Source of the DNA: Candidatus Culexmicrobium cathedralense
GTDB lineage: Archaea; Thermoproteota; Methanomethylicia; Culexarchaeales; Culexmicrobiaceae
Direction: 5' to 3'
DNA length: 64,000 nt
Assembly (NCBI GenBank): GCA_025061115.1
Contig: JANZKC010000003.1
Location: 129,196-193,195, forward strand
In this document: in pieces, positions 62,379 through 64,000 of the stretch
How positions within the stretch are numbered: position 1 is the first letter of the stretch
Layout: each line of letters begins with the position of its first letter
Translations under genes and position numbers: made by a program
Notes under the pieces: model-generated
Databases searched by the model: none
Seen by the model: only the letters and a program-made list of their open reading frames with translations
Told to the model about the DNA's origin: nothing

Positions 62379-63263
62379 TTGGAGGCGCATTGGATTTGGC
62401 TTATCGTCGCAGGAGCAACTGTAGGTTTAATTAGTAGTTATTTTGGTGTTGGAGCTTGCTTCATAATGGTTCCAGTAATGATATCAACATTAACAAGCAT
62501 GTTCAAAGTGGATCCAAGTCTTGCTCCGCTAATTGCCTTCGGAAGTAACATGGCTATTGTAGTTCCAACGGCAATTAGCGGAGTACTAAAACATAAAAAC
62601 GAATTAGCTAGAAAAGGAATGCCATTCCCACTAGAGCACTACCTAAAATTTGCAATTCCAGTTGGAGTAGGAAGCTTTTTGGGATCATTATTAGCATTTG
62701 TCTTCTTCACCACTCATAGAGCAATTGCAGGATTAATCCTAAAAGGATTATTTGGAATTACGTGCCTCATCGGCGCTTATAGGTTTATGAAAGCAAGAGC
62801 GAAACCAATTAACGAACTAAAAGAGCCCTCAACCATTAAATACACTCTTGCTGGCTTGCTCTGTGGATGTTTAGCTCATTTCATGGGTATAGGTGGGGGA
62901 TTAATTTACATTCCAACGTTAAACGTCATACTCGAAATTCCAATTCACATTGCAGTCCCAATTTCAATAGCAACTATGGTTATTGGATCATCAATAGGCG
63001 CCCTATCATTCGGGGTACTAGGCTATCTAGACCAGCTAAAGCATCCAGCTGAATATCCACCACTAACCTTCGGATGGTTTAACCTCCTCCTATTCATACT
63101 AATAGGAATTCCAAGCGTGATTTTTGCGCAGATAGGTCCAAAGCTAGCACATAAAACTCCACCTAAAAAATTGAAAATACTCTTAGCAATCCTGTACATT
63201 TACGTTGGACTCAGATTAACTATGAATAGCATAATGCAAATGACTAATTTAACTGAGAGGTGA
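62379..63263 (+). CDS. TauE/SafE-family (sulfite-exporter-like) membrane protein
   Basis: 294 aa with about 8 TM helices and an internal duplication. The glycine-rich first helix of each half (GVGACFIMVP, GIGGGLIYIP) is typical of TauE/DUF81. TTG start. Confidence 0.7.
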   Translation: MEAHWIWLIVAGATVGLISSYFGVGACFIMVPVMISTLTSMFKVDPSLAPLIAFGSNMAIVVPTAISGVLKHKNELARKGMPFPLEHYLKFAIPVGVGSFLGSLLAFVFFTTHRAIAGLILKGLFGITCLIGAYRFMKARAKPINELKEPSTIKYTLAGLLCGCLAHFMGIGGGLIYIPTLNVILEIPIHIAVPISIATMVIGSSIGALSFGVLGYLDQLKHPAEYPPLTFGWFNLLLFILIGIPSVIFAQIGPKLAHKTPPKKLKILLAILYIYVGLRLTMNSIMQMTNLTER

Positions 63264-63285
63264 TATTTGTCTTTCGAAAAACACT

Positions 63286-64000
63286 TTACTTATTTTTTCG
63301 CCGCCATTTTTTCCCAATTGGATAAGCATCATCGGGTACATTGTGATATTCCAGTGTAGTTAGGTCTGCTGGTCCTAGACCTGGGGAATCTATTGGGTAA
63401 TCTAGTGCTACTATTTTATCCCAGAAAGCTCTATGATGAACTCTATCTTTTAGTACGATGATTGCTTTCTTTCTTGGATCTATGCCTAAAGCTATAAAGC
63501 CTTGATCATCTAGGGGAGCTCTTAATGTCTGTGAAATAATTACGTGCCTATCTTCACCCATGTTTATAACTGCTATAAGCTCTTCCTGCACTTTTCTGCC
63601 TCGACCCATGGGTCCAACTAGCGTATATTCAACAGGACCCAAGTATTCTAGTTTACCTTTAATCTCAATAGGTTCACCTGAAATCGGATGAGCCCATCCG
63701 CCAATCTTAATTGTGACCTCATCTCCAACCTTATATGTCTCCTTTAATTTTTCTAAAGCAGTGGGATCGGCAATTCCTCCAATAACGAAACTTTTAGCGC
63801 CTTGCTCAATTAATTCCTTTAAAACATGCGTTCCATCACCAAGTCTATCACTATGCTCTGCAATTAATATGGGCTTTACACCCTTCCTTACTAAGCGTAT
63901 AACTTCAGCTACACCCTCCTTTGGCTTTGGAAGCGGCTTAGTAAATTCGTATCGAAGACTCCAAATTAAGTTAGAAATATCCTGTGCAGCTTTCTCAGCC
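63286..64000 (-). CDS. M81-family (MlrC-like) metallopeptidase, 5'-truncated by the window edge
   Basis: The frame is open from the window end. The C-terminal region (DDQGFIALGIDPRKKAIIVLKDRVHHRAFW...DSPGLGPADLTTLEYHNVP) resembles the MlrC C-terminal domain. Confidence 0.6.
   Translation of the reverse strand, partial: AEKAAQDISNLIWSLRYEFTKPLPKPKEGVAEVIRLVRKGVKPILIAEHSDRLGDGTHVLKELIEQGAKSFVIGGIADPTALEKLKETYKVGDEVTIKIGGWAHPISGEPIEIKGKLEYLGPVEYTLVGPMGRGRKVQEELIAVINMGEDRHVIISQTLRAPLDDQGFIALGIDPRKKAIIVLKDRVHHRAFWDKIVALDYPIDSPGLGPADLTTLEYHNVPDDAYPIGKKWRRKNK

Noticed and set aside
1-64000. Search by eye for rRNA, tRNA, CRISPR arrays, transposases, integrases and long terminal inverted repeats.
   Set aside because: None was found. 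The intergenic regions are short. The longer ones (43.7-44.1, 44.8-45.0, 49.1-49.4, 55.9-56.4 and 60.2-60.9 kb) contain no T-loop-like GGTTCRAATCC, no regularly spaced direct repeats and no recombinase-like ORF.

Overview
This is a gene-dense 64-kb segment (about 70 genes) that reads as archaeal chromosome. The evidence is a split LplA/LplB ligase with two LipS-type radical-SAM lipoylation genes, a nurA-herA pair, an ST0452-like sugar-1-P nucleotidylyl/acetyltransferase, box C/D sRNAs, GGAGGTG-type Shine-Dalgarno sites inside operons, and AT-rich TATA-like boxes before first genes. All family calls were made by eye from the translations; no database search was run.

0-43 kb is intact core DNA. 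It holds a BMP-type ABC transporter, a ComB-like phosphatase, an SPFH/zinc-ribbon membrane operon, EtfAB and a class-II-like HMG-CoA reductase. It also holds a biotin locus (fused PxpB-PxpC, BCCP, 5S carboxyltransferase) followed by a translationally coupled four-gene membrane operon of unknown function, and GlmS plus a GlmU-like gene.

The centrepiece is two divergent redox operons. One is hdrA(mvhD)-hdrC-hdrB/sdhE-sdhB-sdhA. The other is a 15-gene string: a GcvH-like lipoyl carrier, a HycB-like protein, an HdrB-like protein, a six-subunit formate-hydrogenlyase-type group-4 [NiFe] hydrogenase, and lplB-lipS-lplA-lipS.

43-64 kb looks accessory. It carries MFS transporters, nurA-herA next to a CARF-like/wHTH regulator, a P1B metal ATPase, a beta-oxidation pair, a scrambled glycosyltransferase duplication, and at least six disrupted genes, most broken at homopolymer runs.

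Three box C/D sRNAs were found on the minus strand. The one starting 2 nt after the herA stop has a guide perfectly complementary to the sequence 10 nt upstream of the nurA start. No rRNA, tRNA, CRISPR array, transposase or integrase was recognised.
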